Source of the DNA: Alphaproteobacteria bacterium
GTDB lineage: Bacteria > Pseudomonadota > Alphaproteobacteria > UBA7985 > JAUIBT01
Assembly (NCBI GenBank): GCA_030432195.1
Contig: JAUIHE010000002.1
Coordinates: 5,045 to 69,044 of the forward strand
DNA: 64,000 bases
Direction: 5' to 3'
Shown here: positions 1 through 9,852 of the stretch, piece after piece
Layout of the letters: each line of letters begins with the position of its first letter
How positions within the stretch are numbered: the first letter of the stretch is position 1
Program-made: the position numbers and the translations under genes
Notes under the pieces: model-generated
The model's database searches: none
The model's input: the letters and a program-made list of their open reading frames with translations, nothing else
What the model was told of the DNA's origin: nothing

Positions 1-212
1 AGTGCCGCGATCAGATCAGAAAAGGGCTTGTAGGCCAAACTGGGCAGCGGCAGGCGCGTTAAAAAAAGAAGACAGCGCAGAACGTCGGCTGGCAAGTCTT
101 TGACAGTCTCCACAAAAACGCGCACTTAGAGCCCCTCTTCAATTGCGGGGCAAAGAATCTGGCCCCAAAAACAGCACAAGCACCTGCTGAAAGTTTAAGG
201 ATCTATAGCCCA

Positions 213-1244
213 ATGGCGCAGCAAATCCCAAGCCGCTTTGATGATATTCGCAAGATCTTTGCCCACTTGCCCGGGCCTGATTTGGACGCAGCAAGCCTGG
301 TGGCCCAGCGCGAAGCGCAATTGACCAAGCCCGGTGGCTCGTTGGGGCGCCTTGAAGAAATTACGGATTGGATGGCGCGTTGGCAAGGCACCGCTAGTCC
401 CCGTGCAGATCATCCGCGCGTTGCCGTGTTTGCGGCCAACCATGGCGTTTGCGATCAGGGGGTCTCGGCCTTTCCGCAGGCGGTAACAGAGCAGATGGTG
501 GCCAATTTCTTGAACCAAGGCGCAGCGGTCAACCAGCTTTGCGCCTTGGTCGATGCCGATTTGCGGGTCTATGAAATGCAACTGGATGAGCCGACCAAGG
601 ACTTCAGCTTGGAGCCCGCCATGAGCGAAGAGGAATGCGCGCACGCCATGGCCTATGGCATGATGGCGGTTGATGATGAGATCGACATTCTTTGCTTGGG
701 CGAAATGGGGATCGGCAATACCACCGCGGCCGCTGCGCTGGCTTTGGCCTTGTTCGGTGGCACGGCGGCCGATTGGACCGGCGCGGGCACGGGCGTCGCT
801 GGCGCGGACTTGCAGCGCAAGACCGATGTGGTGCAGCGCTCGGTTGAACTGCACAAGCCTGACATGAGCGACCCGCTGGAGATCCTGCGCCGCGTTGGCG
901 GGCGTGAGTTGGCGGCCATTTGTGGGGCGATTTTGGCAGCGCGCATGGCGCAGGTCCCGGTTTTGCTGGATGGCTTCATTTGCACAGCCGCAGCGGCCGT
1001 GCTGGAAAAGGCCCAACCGGGCGCCCTGGATCATTGTATGGTGGCCCACCAATCAGCCGAGCAGGCACACGCAAGTTTGTGCGAAGCCATTGGGAAGCGC
1101 CCCTTGCTGCAACTGGATATGCGCTTAGGCGAAGCCAGCGGCGCAACCCTGGCGGTGGCTCTGGTTAAGGCCGCCCTGGCGACCCACCAAGGCATGGCCA
1201 CTTTCGAGGAGGCCGCAGTCTCTAATCGCGAGGCGGAACAGTAA
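213..1244 (+). CDS. cobT: Nicotinate-nucleotide--dimethylbenzimidazole phosphoribosyltransferase
   Basis: 343-aa ORF; LTKPGGSLGRLEEI and GEMGIGNTT motifs and length typical of CobT. Confidence 0.9.
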   Translation: MAQQIPSRFDDIRKIFAHLPGPDLDAASLVAQREAQLTKPGGSLGRLEEITDWMARWQGTASPRADHPRVAVFAANHGVCDQGVSAFPQAVTEQMVANFLNQGAAVNQLCALVDADLRVYEMQLDEPTKDFSLEPAMSEEECAHAMAYGMMAVDDEIDILCLGEMGIGNTTAAAALALALFGGTAADWTGAGTGVAGADLQRKTDVVQRSVELHKPDMSDPLEILRRVGGRELAAICGAILAARMAQVPVLLDGFICTAAAAVLEKAQPGALDHCMVAHQSAEQAHASLCEAIGKRPLLQLDMRLGEASGATLAVALVKAALATHQGMATFEEAAVSNREAEQ

Positions 1245-1292
1245 GGGGGCTGGCTGCTTTGCGCTAGACGCAGAAGAGAGCTAAAACAGGGA

Positions 1293-2759
1293 ATGGCGGA
1301 CAAAGAGCAAAACACGGCAGCTGAACAGCGACCGGACGACGGAGCGAAACCGCGCAAGCTGTCCCCGCGTCGTCGCAAGGCCACAGAGCGCGCCAAAGCC
1401 CGGCGCGCTGCGCGTCCATCCGTTCGGCGGGTGGTATCAACGCCTTTGTCCTCGCCCTACGCAGGCCAGTCACCCCGACTGAACTTGTTTACGCTGGTCG
1501 CTATTCGCTGGATCGCCATAGCGGGCCAAGCGCTGACCATCGCCATCAGCATTGCCATGGGCTTTGTGATGCCCGCGGGTCTGGCGATGAGCGTTGTCTT
1601 GATCTCCGCGCTGGTCAATTTGTGGATCATGTCTCGCCGTCGCTTGCGACAAGGCCGCTCGTCGGCCTGGATCGGTGGCCGTTTAGCCATGGCGATCTTG
1701 TTGTTCGATTTGTGCCAATTGACGATCTTGTTGTTGCTCACTGGCGGCATCACCAACCCCTTTGCGATCTTGATGCTAGCGCCGGTCACGGTGTCTGCGG
1801 CGACCTTGTCGCGAAAGGAGACCAGCGTCATTTCGGTCACCGCTATTGCCATGACCTTGCTGACGATTTTTGTCTCCACGCCTCTGCCCTATATTGAGCA
1901 GGCTCTAGAGATTCCGCCCTATTATCGCTTGGGCCTCGGGACCGCTCTGATCTTGGCCATCGCCTTTACGGCCTTCTATCTCTCTAATATTGCGGAACAA
2001 TCGCGTACCATGGCCTCGGCCTTGTCCTCGGTGCATTTGGCGCTGGAGCGGGAGCAGCGCTTGTCGGCGCTGGGCGGCTTAGCGGCGAACGCGGCGCATG
2101 AGTTGGGCACGCCGCTGGCGACCATTGCGGTGGTGGCCAAGGAAATGTGGAAGGAAGCGCCAGAAGGATCGAGCGTCAAGGAAGACGCGGGCCTGCTGGT
2201 CGAAGAAGCCGACCGCTGCCGCACGATCCTGACCGAGATATCGCGCTCTAAAAAGCTGGATGACGGGGTTTCCTACAATCACCTGCCCATGGCCTCAATC
2301 ATCGACTTAGCGATTGAACGGCACGCGCTCAACTACGACTGCCCGGTGTTGGTCACGCTCTATCCGCCAGAGGGGCAGGGCGAGCAAGACCAGCCCATGT
2401 TTGCCCGACAACCTGAGTTGGTTCACGGGCTGGGCAATTTGGTGCAAAATGCTTTGCAGCACGCTGAGCAGCAGGTATGGGTTGGCCTCAGCTGGACCGA
2501 GACCCACATACTTGTTCAAGTTGAGGATGATGGCCCTGGATTTGAACCAGATCTTTTGTATCGTCTAGGCGATCCCTATCTGAAGGGCGAGCAGGAGCGC
2601 AAACGCGGCGGTTCGTCTATGGGCATTGGTGTCTTTATCGCGACGACCCTGCTCAATCATTGTGGGGCGACGGTGACGTTTTCGAATCGACAAGAGGGTG
2701 GTGCCTCTGTTGAAGTGAGCCTAGAGCGCAAAGATGCTGCGCATAGAGTTCAGAGCTAA
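1293..2759 (+). CDS. regB: Redox-responsive sensor histidine kinase, RegB/PrrB/ActS family
   Basis: 488-aa ORF; multi-TM N-terminal half, H-box AAHELGTPLATI, ATPase domain (DDGPGF, GIGVFIA); sits upstream of a RegA-type regulator. Start uncertain (46-aa basic extension; in-frame GTG at 1431). Confidence 0.8.
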   Translation: MADKEQNTAAEQRPDDGAKPRKLSPRRRKATERAKARRAARPSVRRVVSTPLSSPYAGQSPRLNLFTLVAIRWIAIAGQALTIAISIAMGFVMPAGLAMSVVLISALVNLWIMSRRRLRQGRSSAWIGGRLAMAILLFDLCQLTILLLLTGGITNPFAILMLAPVTVSAATLSRKETSVISVTAIAMTLLTIFVSTPLPYIEQALEIPPYYRLGLGTALILAIAFTAFYLSNIAEQSRTMASALSSVHLALEREQRLSALGGLAANAAHELGTPLATIAVVAKEMWKEAPEGSSVKEDAGLLVEEADRCRTILTEISRSKKLDDGVSYNHLPMASIIDLAIERHALNYDCPVLVTLYPPEGQGEQDQPMFARQPELVHGLGNLVQNALQHAEQQVWVGLSWTETHILVQVEDDGPGFEPDLLYRLGDPYLKGEQERKRGGSSMGIGVFIATTLLNHCGATVTFSNRQEGGASVEVSLERKDAAHRVQS

Positions 2760-2834
2760 CACGGCCTAAAATCTGATAGGCCACCAAGGATTTGGCCCTG
2801 CTGCCTGGGCCGGACTGGAAGAAGGAAAGATTGC

Positions 2835-3401
2835 ATGAACGACGAATTTGCAGGTCTGGGCGATGACGACGCAAGCCGCGGCACGCTGTTGATCGTGGAC
2901 GACGACGAGCGCTTTGCAACCCGCTTGGCCCGTGCCATGGAGCGCAAAGGCTTTGAGGTCTCAACCGCGCTGTCCGTATCGGATGCCAAGGAAGCGTTGC
3001 GCGCCTACCTGCCAGACTACGCCGTTGTGGATCTGCGCTTGGGCGACGGCTCCGGGTTGGATTTCGTCACCTTGTTGAAGGAAAGTGAGGCCCACACCCG
3101 CATCGTCATGCTGACCGGTTACGGCAATATCGCAACGGCGGTGTCTGCGGTGAAACTGGGCGCGGTGGACTATCTGCCAAAGCCTGCGGATGCGGACGCG
3201 GTCGAGGCGGCCTTGGTCAAGCACGACGGCCTGTTGCCGCCGCCGCCGGAAAACCCCATGTCGGCCGACCGCGTGCGTTGGGAACACATCCAGCGGGTCT
3301 ATGAGCAGTGTGGGCGCAACGTCTCTGAAACGGCCCGCCGTTTGCGTATGCACCGCCGTACATTGCAGCGCATCTTGAACAAGTACGCGCCGAAGCCTTA
3401 A
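2835..3401 (+). CDS. regA: Response regulator, RegA/PrrA/ActR family
   Basis: 188-aa ORF; receiver domain (LLIVDDD, VVDLRLGDGSG) plus the characteristic C-terminal HTH RNVSETARRLRMHRRTLQRILNK. Confidence 0.85.
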   Translation: MNDEFAGLGDDDASRGTLLIVDDDERFATRLARAMERKGFEVSTALSVSDAKEALRAYLPDYAVVDLRLGDGSGLDFVTLLKESEAHTRIVMLTGYGNIATAVSAVKLGAVDYLPKPADADAVEAALVKHDGLLPPPPENPMSADRVRWEHIQRVYEQCGRNVSETARRLRMHRRTLQRILNKYAPKP

Positions 3402-3773
3402 GCCCTATTGACGGCCTTGGGCATCGGACCGTTGGCTTTGGTAAGGCCTTGCCTTGCCTCAAGATGCCTCTTTGCGGTCAAAGGGCGTAACGGGGCTCAG
3501 CGTCGCCGCTAAAGGAAAGGACCGCTTCTCTTGGGGGCAGCCGCGGGCCATGCCGCCTGCGCCGTGTTGGTCACTCCCCAACGCTAACTGAGGCTTTGGC
3601 CAGGCACTTGTTCGCGCATCGCCGGTGCCTGCAAGCAGCCAAGCACAGCGGTTCCTCTCGGCTTGGGCTCCGCTTTCTTTGCCTTAGGGACTTTGGCGAG
3701 GCCCCGGTTGGCCGCCGCCGTTTTGGCTAAATTTCGCACTGGCAATTGAGCAGCCATGGCTTATGATATGGGG

Positions 3774-3818
3774 ACTCCTGCGCTGTTGGCCTTTGTTGGG
3801 CCGGGCGCAGGAGTTTTT
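3774..3818 (+). terminator. Terminator-like hairpin in the leuS 5' region
   Basis: Perfect 10-bp stem ACTCCTGCGC/GCGCAGGAGT, 20-nt loop, followed by TTTTT; 42 nt upstream of the first leuS ATG. Confidence 0.4.
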
Positions 3819-3855
3819 CATCTTCTCCCGACCGATCAAATAAAAGCTGACGCAG

Positions 3856-3900
3856 CCCCATGTCCGAACGCCCCATGTCCGAACGATCTATGTCCGAACG
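3856..3900 (+). repeat. 3 x 15-bp tandem repeat carrying three in-frame ATG codons at the leuS start
   Basis: CCCCATGTCCGAACG / CCCCATGTCCGAACG / ATCTATGTCCGAACG; encodes [15 protein letters not shown]. Confidence 0.9.
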
Positions 3901-6436
3901 CTATTCCGCACACGAAACCGAAGTCAAATGGCAAGCCCGCTGGGACGAGGTTCAGGCCTCGCGCGCGCAGGCCAGCAACGACAAGCCCAAGTACTACGTG
4001 CTGGAAATGCTGCCCTATCCGTCGGGCGCAATCCACATGGGCCACGTGCGCAACTATGTTATGGGCGATGTGGTGGCGCGCTATAAGCGGGCCAAGGGCT
4101 TCAATGTCCTGCACCCCATGGGCTGGGATGCTTTCGGGCTGCCTGCCGAGAACGCCGCCTTTGAGCGTGGCTATCATCCGGCCAAGTGGACCTATGCCAA
4201 CATCGACGCCATGCGGGTTCAGTTGAAGCGTTTGGGCTTGTCGATCGACTGGCAGCGCGAGATTGCGACCTGTCATCCTGGCTATTACAAGCATCAGCAG
4301 CGCTTGTTCCAAGAGATGATGGCCGCGGGGCTGGTCTATCGCAAAGAGTCCTACGTCAACTGGGACCCGGTAGAAATGACGGTGTTGGCCAACGAGCAAG
4401 TCGAAGATGGTCGCGGGTGGCGCTCGGGCGCGTTGGTTGAAAAACGCCTGATGTCGCAATGGTTCTTCAAGATCACCGACATGGCCGAAGAGCTGTTGCA
4501 GGGCATCGAGACCTTGGAGCGCTGGCCGTCCAAGGTGCGCACTATGCAGACCAATTGGATCGGCAAATCGCAGGGTGCGCATGTGCGTTTTGGCATTCAG
4601 GGCCGCGATGAGGGCCTGGACATTTACACCACACGTCCAGACACGCTGTTCGGCGCCTCGTTTTGCGCTTTATCAGCCGAGCATCCCTTGACCCAGGAAT
4701 TGGCTCAGTCCAACGCCGACTTGGCGGAATTCGTCAAAGAATGTCAGCGCATGGGTACGTCAGAGGCGGTGATCGAAAAGGCCGAAAAGCGCGGCATTGC
4801 TACCGGCTTGAAGGCCCTTCACCCGCTGGACGGCCGCGAATTGCCGATCTATGTCGCCAACTTCGTTTTGATGGACTACGGCAGCGGCGCCATTTTCGGC
4901 TGTCCCGCGCACGATCAACGCGACTTGGATTTTGCGCGCAAGTACGGCCTGGACGTGACCCGCGTGGTGGCTGGGCCCGACGGCGAGACCGGGGATGTCG
5001 GCAACGAAGCCTACACCGGCCCCGGCCATATCATAAACTCCGACTTCCTGGATGGCCTGGATATCGAGGCTGCCAAAGCCAAAGCGATCGACACCCTAGT
5101 CGCTAAGGGCGTGGGCAAAGCGCAGACCAACTACCGCTTGCGCGATTGGGGCGCCTCGCGCCAACGCTATTGGGGATGCCCCATTCCAGTGGTACATTGC
5201 TCAAGCTGTGGCGTGGTGCCGGTGCCCAAAGATCAGTTGCCGGTGCAGTTGCCCGAGGATGTGACGTTCGATAAGCCCGGCAATCCCTTGGACCATCACC
5301 CGACTTGGAAGCATACGGCCTGCCCTAGCTGTGGCGGCGAGGCCCTGCGGGACACGGATACCATGGATACCTTCGTGGACTCCTCCTGGTACTATTTGCG
5401 CTATTGCTGCTCCGACGATGCAGACAATCCGCTGAACGATGAGGCCAACTATTGGATGACCGTCGATCAGTACATTGGCGGTGTTGAGCACGCGGTCTTG
5501 CACTTGCTGTATTCGCGCTTCTTCATGCGGGCTTTGAAAAAGTTGGGCTATGTCACGGCGGAGGAGCCCTTTGCTGGCTTGTTTACGCAAGGCATGGTGA
5601 CCCACGAGACCTATCAAGACGCAGATGGGAAATGGCTGAGCCCCGATGACATTAAGCGCGATGAGGGCGGCGATTGGACGACCTTGGACGGCGGCCCGGT
5701 GGCGGTTGGCGGCGTTATCAAAATGTCCAAGTCAAAGCGCAACGTGGTCGATCCCGAGACTATTGTTAGGTCCTATGGCGCGGATACGGCGCGCTTTTTC
5801 GTCATGTCAGACAGCCCGCCGGAACGCGACTTTGAGTGGACCGAGGCGGGCGTCGATGGCGCTTATCGCTTCACCCAGCGTGTTTGGCGCGTCTTTGCCG
5901 AAGCCGCAGAGCGGGCACAGAACGGAGCGACGGGAGGCGGTGAGGCCGCCGACACGGCTTTGCGCAAAGTCATGCATCGCTTGGTGGATGGCGTGTCCAA
6001 GGACATCGAGGGCTTTGCCTTTAACAAATCTGTTGCGCGCCTGTATGAAGCGGTGAACGAGATGTCTCGCGCTTTGAGCGAGGGCAAGGTCGGTGCGGCG
6101 GCACTGCGCGAGGCTCTGGACTATCTTTGCCTGGCGTTGGCGCCCTTCATGCCCCACTTGGGCGAGGAGTTGTGGACCGAGTTAGGGCACAGCGACTTGG
6201 CCTGCGCCCAAGATTGGCCGAAGGTTGACCCGGCGATGCTGACCGACGACACCATCACTATGCCCGTTCAAGTCAACGGCAAGGTGCGGGCACAGATTGA
6301 CGTGCCAAAAGATCTACCTAAGGCAGAGGTCGAAGCTCGCGCTCTGGCTGATCCTGCTGTTGCCAAATTTATCGGCGATACCGGACCCAAGAAAATTATC
6401 GTGGTTCCGGGACGCATTGTGAATGTGGTTGTCTAA
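3860..6436 (+). CDS. leuS: Leucine--tRNA ligase
   Basis: 858-aa ORF; class I HIGH motif ([10 protein letters not shown]) and KMSKS ([10 protein letters not shown]). Possible starts at 3860, 3875 or 3890. Confidence 0.95.
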   Translation: MSERPMSERSMSERYSAHETEVKWQARWDEVQASRAQASNDKPKYYVLEMLPYPSGAIHMGHVRNYVMGDVVARYKRAKGFNVLHPMGWDAFGLPAENAAFERGYHPAKWTYANIDAMRVQLKRLGLSIDWQREIATCHPGYYKHQQRLFQEMMAAGLVYRKESYVNWDPVEMTVLANEQVEDGRGWRSGALVEKRLMSQWFFKITDMAEELLQGIETLERWPSKVRTMQTNWIGKSQGAHVRFGIQGRDEGLDIYTTRPDTLFGASFCALSAEHPLTQELAQSNADLAEFVKECQRMGTSEAVIEKAEKRGIATGLKALHPLDGRELPIYVANFVLMDYGSGAIFGCPAHDQRDLDFARKYGLDVTRVVAGPDGETGDVGNEAYTGPGHIINSDFLDGLDIEAAKAKAIDTLVAKGVGKAQTNYRLRDWGASRQRYWGCPIPVVHCSSCGVVPVPKDQLPVQLPEDVTFDKPGNPLDHHPTWKHTACPSCGGEALRDTDTMDTFVDSSWYYLRYCCSDDADNPLNDEANYWMTVDQYIGGVEHAVLHLLYSRFFMRALKKLGYVTAEEPFAGLFTQGMVTHETYQDADGKWLSPDDIKRDEGGDWTTLDGGPVAVGGVIKMSKSKRNVVDPETIVRSYGADTARFFVMSDSPPERDFEWTEAGVDGAYRFTQRVWRVFAEAAERAQNGATGGGEAADTALRKVMHRLVDGVSKDIEGFAFNKSVARLYEAVNEMSRALSEGKVGAAALREALDYLCLALAPFMPHLGEELWTELGHSDLACAQDWPKVDPAMLTDDTITMPVQVNGKVRAQIDVPKDLPKAEVEARALADPAVAKFIGDTGPKKIIVVPGRIVNVVV

Positions 6437-6959
6437 AGGTCTTGTCGGACTTGTATTTGCTGCGCTGGTGACGCTGAGCGTTACCGGCTGCGGGTTTCGC
6501 CCCGTTGGTCAGCAACAAGTTGTGCAGACCGAACGCTTTTCACAAGTCTTTGTCTTGCCGATCGCCAACCGCGAGGGCCAGCTGCTGCGCAATGCGATAA
6601 CGCAGCGCCTAAACCCCTATGGTGAGCCGAGCGATCCTCGCTATCACCTGCGGGCTCAGTTGTTGCTGGCGACGCGCAGCCTTGGGGTGCGTGCAGAGGG
6701 CGATACCACCCGCGCGCAGCGCGTGATGACGCTTAATTACGAGTTGATTAACGCGCTCGACGGCAATGTCCTGGACGCCTCGACGCTGATCGAGCACGTC
6801 AGCTACAACGTAGCCGACTACGAATATTTGGACGATTTCGCGCTTGAATCAGCACATCAGCGCGGCATTGACGCCCTGGCTGAACAGTTAGAGCGGCGTT
6901 TGGCGCTGTTCTTCCAGCGTCAAGATGAAGGGCGGCAAATCGTGGATGAGCAGCTCTAG
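6423..6959 (+). CDS. lptE: LPS-assembly lipoprotein LptE
   Basis: 178-aa ORF overlapping the leuS end by 14 nt; signal peptide with lipobox LSVTGC; conserved leuS-lptE synteny. Confidence 0.65.
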   Translation: MWLSKGLVGLVFAALVTLSVTGCGFRPVGQQQVVQTERFSQVFVLPIANREGQLLRNAITQRLNPYGEPSDPRYHLRAQLLLATRSLGVRAEGDTTRAQRVMTLNYELINALDGNVLDASTLIEHVSYNVADYEYLDDFALESAHQRGIDALAEQLERRLALFFQRQDEGRQIVDEQL

Positions 6960-7192
6960 CTCCAACCCTGCAACCTGGGCTTGCCAGAATGCAGGCCCAA
7001 GCGGCGATCATCTGCCCCGCCAACGCCCAAAAACCTGAACAATTTCCTGCAATGTGCATTTCCGTCGAGCTAGGCCTAACGCCGGGCTTGTCCGCGGCTG
7101 TTGCATTTGCTTTGCTGCCGGCGTTCTTCTGCCAACCAGCGGCCGGCGTACAAGAGCCGCCCATACCAGAACACTTTAGGAGACGCACATCC

Positions 7193-8296
7193 ATGACCCA
7201 ATCGACCAATTCAGGCCGCCGCACGCTGCTGAAATCTGCGCTAAAAGTCGGGGGCCTGGCCGCCGGAGGAGTAGCCGCGACAGCGCTTACGGCGCCTGCC
7301 GTCCTGGCTCAACAGCGCCAAAAACTGGCCATGGTCACGTCATGGGTCAAGGGCTCGCCGGGCCCTGGCACGACAGCTGATCGCATCGCCGAGCGCATCA
7401 CACGCATGACCGCCGGACGCCTGGAGGTTCGGGTCTACGGCGCCGGTGAACTGACATCGCCCTTTGGCGTGTTGGATGCTGTGGGCTCCAATGCCGCTCA
7501 GCTGGGCCACACCGCCTCCTTCTTTTCTGCGGGCAAGTTTGCAGCAGCAGCGGCTTTTACCACGCTGCCGTTTGGCCTGGACGTTGCGGGCCATCAGGCA
7601 TGGATCGCGCGCGGGCAGGGGCAAGAACTGTGGGATGCGCTGTATGCGCCTGCAGGGGTCAAGCCGTTCTTGGCGGGTAATTCTGATTTCACGATGGGCG
7701 GTTGGTTTAAGGCGCCGCTGGGTTCGCTGGACGACCTAAAGGGTTTGCGCTTGCGGGTCGCTGGCCTGGGTGGCCAAATCTATGAGGCCCTGGGCGCGGT
7801 TCCCGCCCTGCTGCCGCCAGGCGAGATTTTCGGCGCGCTCAAGTCCGGTGCGATTGATGGCGTGGAGTTTTTGGGGCCCTTCAGTGATCGCGCTCTGGGC
7901 TTTGCAAAAGCGGCGAGCAACTATTACTGGCCGGGCTTCAACAAGCCCAATGGTTCCGCCGAGGGGCTCATTAACAAGGCGCTGTTTGACCAGCTCGACG
8001 AGGCCGACCGAGCCATTGTTACGACCGCCTTTGAGGTCGAGAACTATCACGGGTTGGCAGAAGCGTCTTGGTTCAATGGGCAGTCGCTAAGCGCGTTGCG
8101 CTCAGAGGGCGTGTCGGTGCAGCCGCTGCCAGCGGATATCATGCAGGCCGCCAAGACCGCCTGGCGTGATGTGCTGGCCGATTGGCGCGCCAAACATCCA
8201 GAGGTCGAGCCCATCTTGCAGTCCTATGAAACCGCTCTGGTTGCGCAGCAGGACTGGGCCTCGCTCAGCTTGCAGGCCTACGGCAAAATCGCCTAG
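7193..8296 (+). CDS. TRAP-type transporter substrate-binding protein (DctP-like), Tat signal
   Basis: ATG at 7193 preceded by AGGAGA; twin-arginine leader NSGRRTLLKSAL...AVLAQ; DctP-like body (LRLRVAGLGG, IDGVEFLGP). The track ORF from 6989 is an upstream extension. No dctQ/M nearby. Confidence 0.75.
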   Translation: MTQSTNSGRRTLLKSALKVGGLAAGGVAATALTAPAVLAQQRQKLAMVTSWVKGSPGPGTTADRIAERITRMTAGRLEVRVYGAGELTSPFGVLDAVGSNAAQLGHTASFFSAGKFAAAAAFTTLPFGLDVAGHQAWIARGQGQELWDALYAPAGVKPFLAGNSDFTMGGWFKAPLGSLDDLKGLRLRVAGLGGQIYEALGAVPALLPPGEIFGALKSGAIDGVEFLGPFSDRALGFAKAASNYYWPGFNKPNGSAEGLINKALFDQLDEADRAIVTTAFEVENYHGLAEASWFNGQSLSALRSEGVSVQPLPADIMQAAKTAWRDVLADWRAKHPEVEPILQSYETALVAQQDWASLSLQAYGKIA

Positions 8297-8314
8297 TGCG
8301 GCGCAGCAATCACC

Positions 8315-9085
8315 ATGGCTAGGGTCTTCGATTTTCGCGCCGATGTTGCCGCCGCTCGGCCCCTGGTCGTCTGCCTCACCTCACCGGTTGCCGCGCCTTT
8401 CACCGCGCAGTGTTTGTCGGCTCTGGGGGCGGTGCCGGTCATGCCTGGTCACATCGACGATCTGCCGGGGGCGGTGGCCCGCTGTGACGCGCTGCTGATT
8501 AACCTGGGGACCAGCGACGCGGCGCGCGCGGACTTGTTTCAAGTAGCCGTAGACAGTGCCAACCATGCGGCAAAGCCGTGGGTATTGGACCCGGTCGGGG
8601 CTGGCGGCGGTGCTTGGCGCACGCAGCTTGCACGGGATTTGGTCGGATGCGGACCGGCGATCGTCAAGGGAAACCCCGCCGAGGTGCGCGCTTTGGCGGG
8701 GCAGGCCGCCCAGCTGAAGGGCGTGGACTCCTTGGACGAAGTGGCCAGCGCGTTGGAGGCTGCCCAGCACCTGCTGGCTGGCGAACAGGGGCCGCGCGAG
8801 ATCGTTATAACCGGGCCGCAGGATGCCTGCTTAGACCGGAAAACCTCGGTGGCCTGGAGCCAGGGCGGGCACCCCTGGGCACCGCGCGTGGTCACCATGG
8901 GCTGCGCCTTGGGCGCCGTCTGTGCCGCAAGTGCGGCAGTTTATGCGTCGGAACAAGCGGGGCTGCTGGCAGCGCAAGCCTTCAAGGAAGCGGCCAGCTT
9001 TGCTGGGCTTTCGGCCAAAGGCCTTGGGAGTTTTATGACCGGATTTTTAGATGGGCTCGACGGATTGGGCGCTCTTAGAATCTGA
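8315..9085 (+). CDS. thiM: Hydroxyethylthiazole kinase
   Basis: 256-aa ORF; N-terminus (PLVVCLTSPVAAPFTAQCLSALGAVPVM) and length typical of ThiM; adjacent to thiE. Confidence 0.85.
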   Translation: MARVFDFRADVAAARPLVVCLTSPVAAPFTAQCLSALGAVPVMPGHIDDLPGAVARCDALLINLGTSDAARADLFQVAVDSANHAAKPWVLDPVGAGGGAWRTQLARDLVGCGPAIVKGNPAEVRALAGQAAQLKGVDSLDEVASALEAAQHLLAGEQGPREIVITGPQDACLDRKTSVAWSQGGHPWAPRVVTMGCALGAVCAASAAVYASEQAGLLAAQAFKEAASFAGLSAKGLGSFMTGFLDGLDGLGALRI

Positions 9086-9145
9086 GGCTAAAGCAGGCTC
9101 AAACAACCGGCCCAAACAACCGATCTGGTCAAGAGGAAGTAAACC

Positions 9146-9823
9146 ATGCACCCCCCCCTTCAAGACAAAGACTGGCGGAGCCGCGCGGCTTTGGTGGAAA
9201 TTCTGCCGCTCTATCTGGTGATCGGGCCGGGCAATTGCCCCGAAGGTACCTGGCTGGGAGTCGCCCGGCAGGCGATGGAGGGCGGTGTGACCTGCCTTCA
9301 ATATCGGGACAAGACCAGCGATCCGGCCCGCTTTCTGGCCAACGCGCGCGCCTTGGTGGCAACCGCAGCGCCTTTTAACGTTCCGGTTCTCATCAATGAT
9401 CGCTTGGACATGGTGGCCCTGTCTGGCGCGCAGGGGGCTCATATTGGCCAAGACGATGCCACCCCCAAACAAGCGCGAGATTTTTTGGGTGAAAAAGCAA
9501 TACTAGGTTTGAGTGTCGGTTCTCTAGAAGAATTTGAAACTCATGATCCGCGACTGGTCGATTACTTAGGCGTTGGCCCGGCCTTTTCAACTACAACGAA
9601 AGCCGACTCGGGTGATGCAATTGGACCAGAGGGCATATCTGCTATCTTAGAATGCACAACAACTCCCGTCGTTGCTATTGGAGGAATTACAACAGATTCA
9701 ATTCCTTACCTTTATGGGCTAGGTCTGAATGGTGTCGCGTTGATCACATTTATTACCAGGAATCGGGATCCCAAAAGGGCCAGCCTTGACATGGCGGCCA
9801 AAGTAAAGATGCTTACCGCCTGA
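9146..9823 (+). CDS. thiE: Thiamine-phosphate synthase
   Basis: 225-aa ORF; LYLVIGPG, VPVLINDRLDMV, AHIGQDD, VVAIGGI motifs of the ThiE/TMP-TENI family. Confidence 0.85.
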   Translation: MHPPLQDKDWRSRAALVEILPLYLVIGPGNCPEGTWLGVARQAMEGGVTCLQYRDKTSDPARFLANARALVATAAPFNVPVLINDRLDMVALSGAQGAHIGQDDATPKQARDFLGEKAILGLSVGSLEEFETHDPRLVDYLGVGPAFSTTTKADSGDAIGPEGISAILECTTTPVVAIGGITTDSIPYLYGLGLNGVALITFITRNRDPKRASLDMAAKVKMLTA

Positions 9824-9852
9824 TAACAACCAAAGGTATCCGGGGGTTTTGC

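Noticed and set aside
1-212. Possible cobalamin riboswitch upstream of cobT
   Set aside because: No B12 box (GCCACTG-like) or the expected multi-helix GC-rich core is visible on either strand in the 212 nt available. The region is truncated by the window edge.
195-1052. 285-aa minus-strand ORF overlapping cobT
   Set aside because: It is antisense to a confidently recognised cobT and has an Arg/Gly/Ala-rich composition typical of high-GC antisense frames. No motif was recognised.
3756-4226. 156-aa plus-strand ORF overlapping the leuS start out of frame
   Set aside because: Most of it is the +1 frame of leuS. Only its first ~30 codons lie in the leader, and these are mentioned under the hairpin finding as a speculative leader peptide.
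6960-7192. Possible TPP riboswitch upstream of the SBP-thiM-thiE block
   Set aside because: I found no CUGAGA box or ACCUGAUCUGGAUAAUGCCAGCG-like pyrimidine-sensor helix. AACCTGGGCTTGCCAGAATGCAGGCCC is just a simple hairpin after lptE. A cmsearch would be needed to be sure.
6989-7192. Upstream extensions of track ORFs (6989 for the SBP, 11798 for the hypothetical protein, 29568 for the deiminase, 60535 for aroA, 63564 for chaC)
   Set aside because: The extensions overlap upstream genes or lack a ribosome-binding site. Internal starts give proper signal peptides or canonical N-termini.
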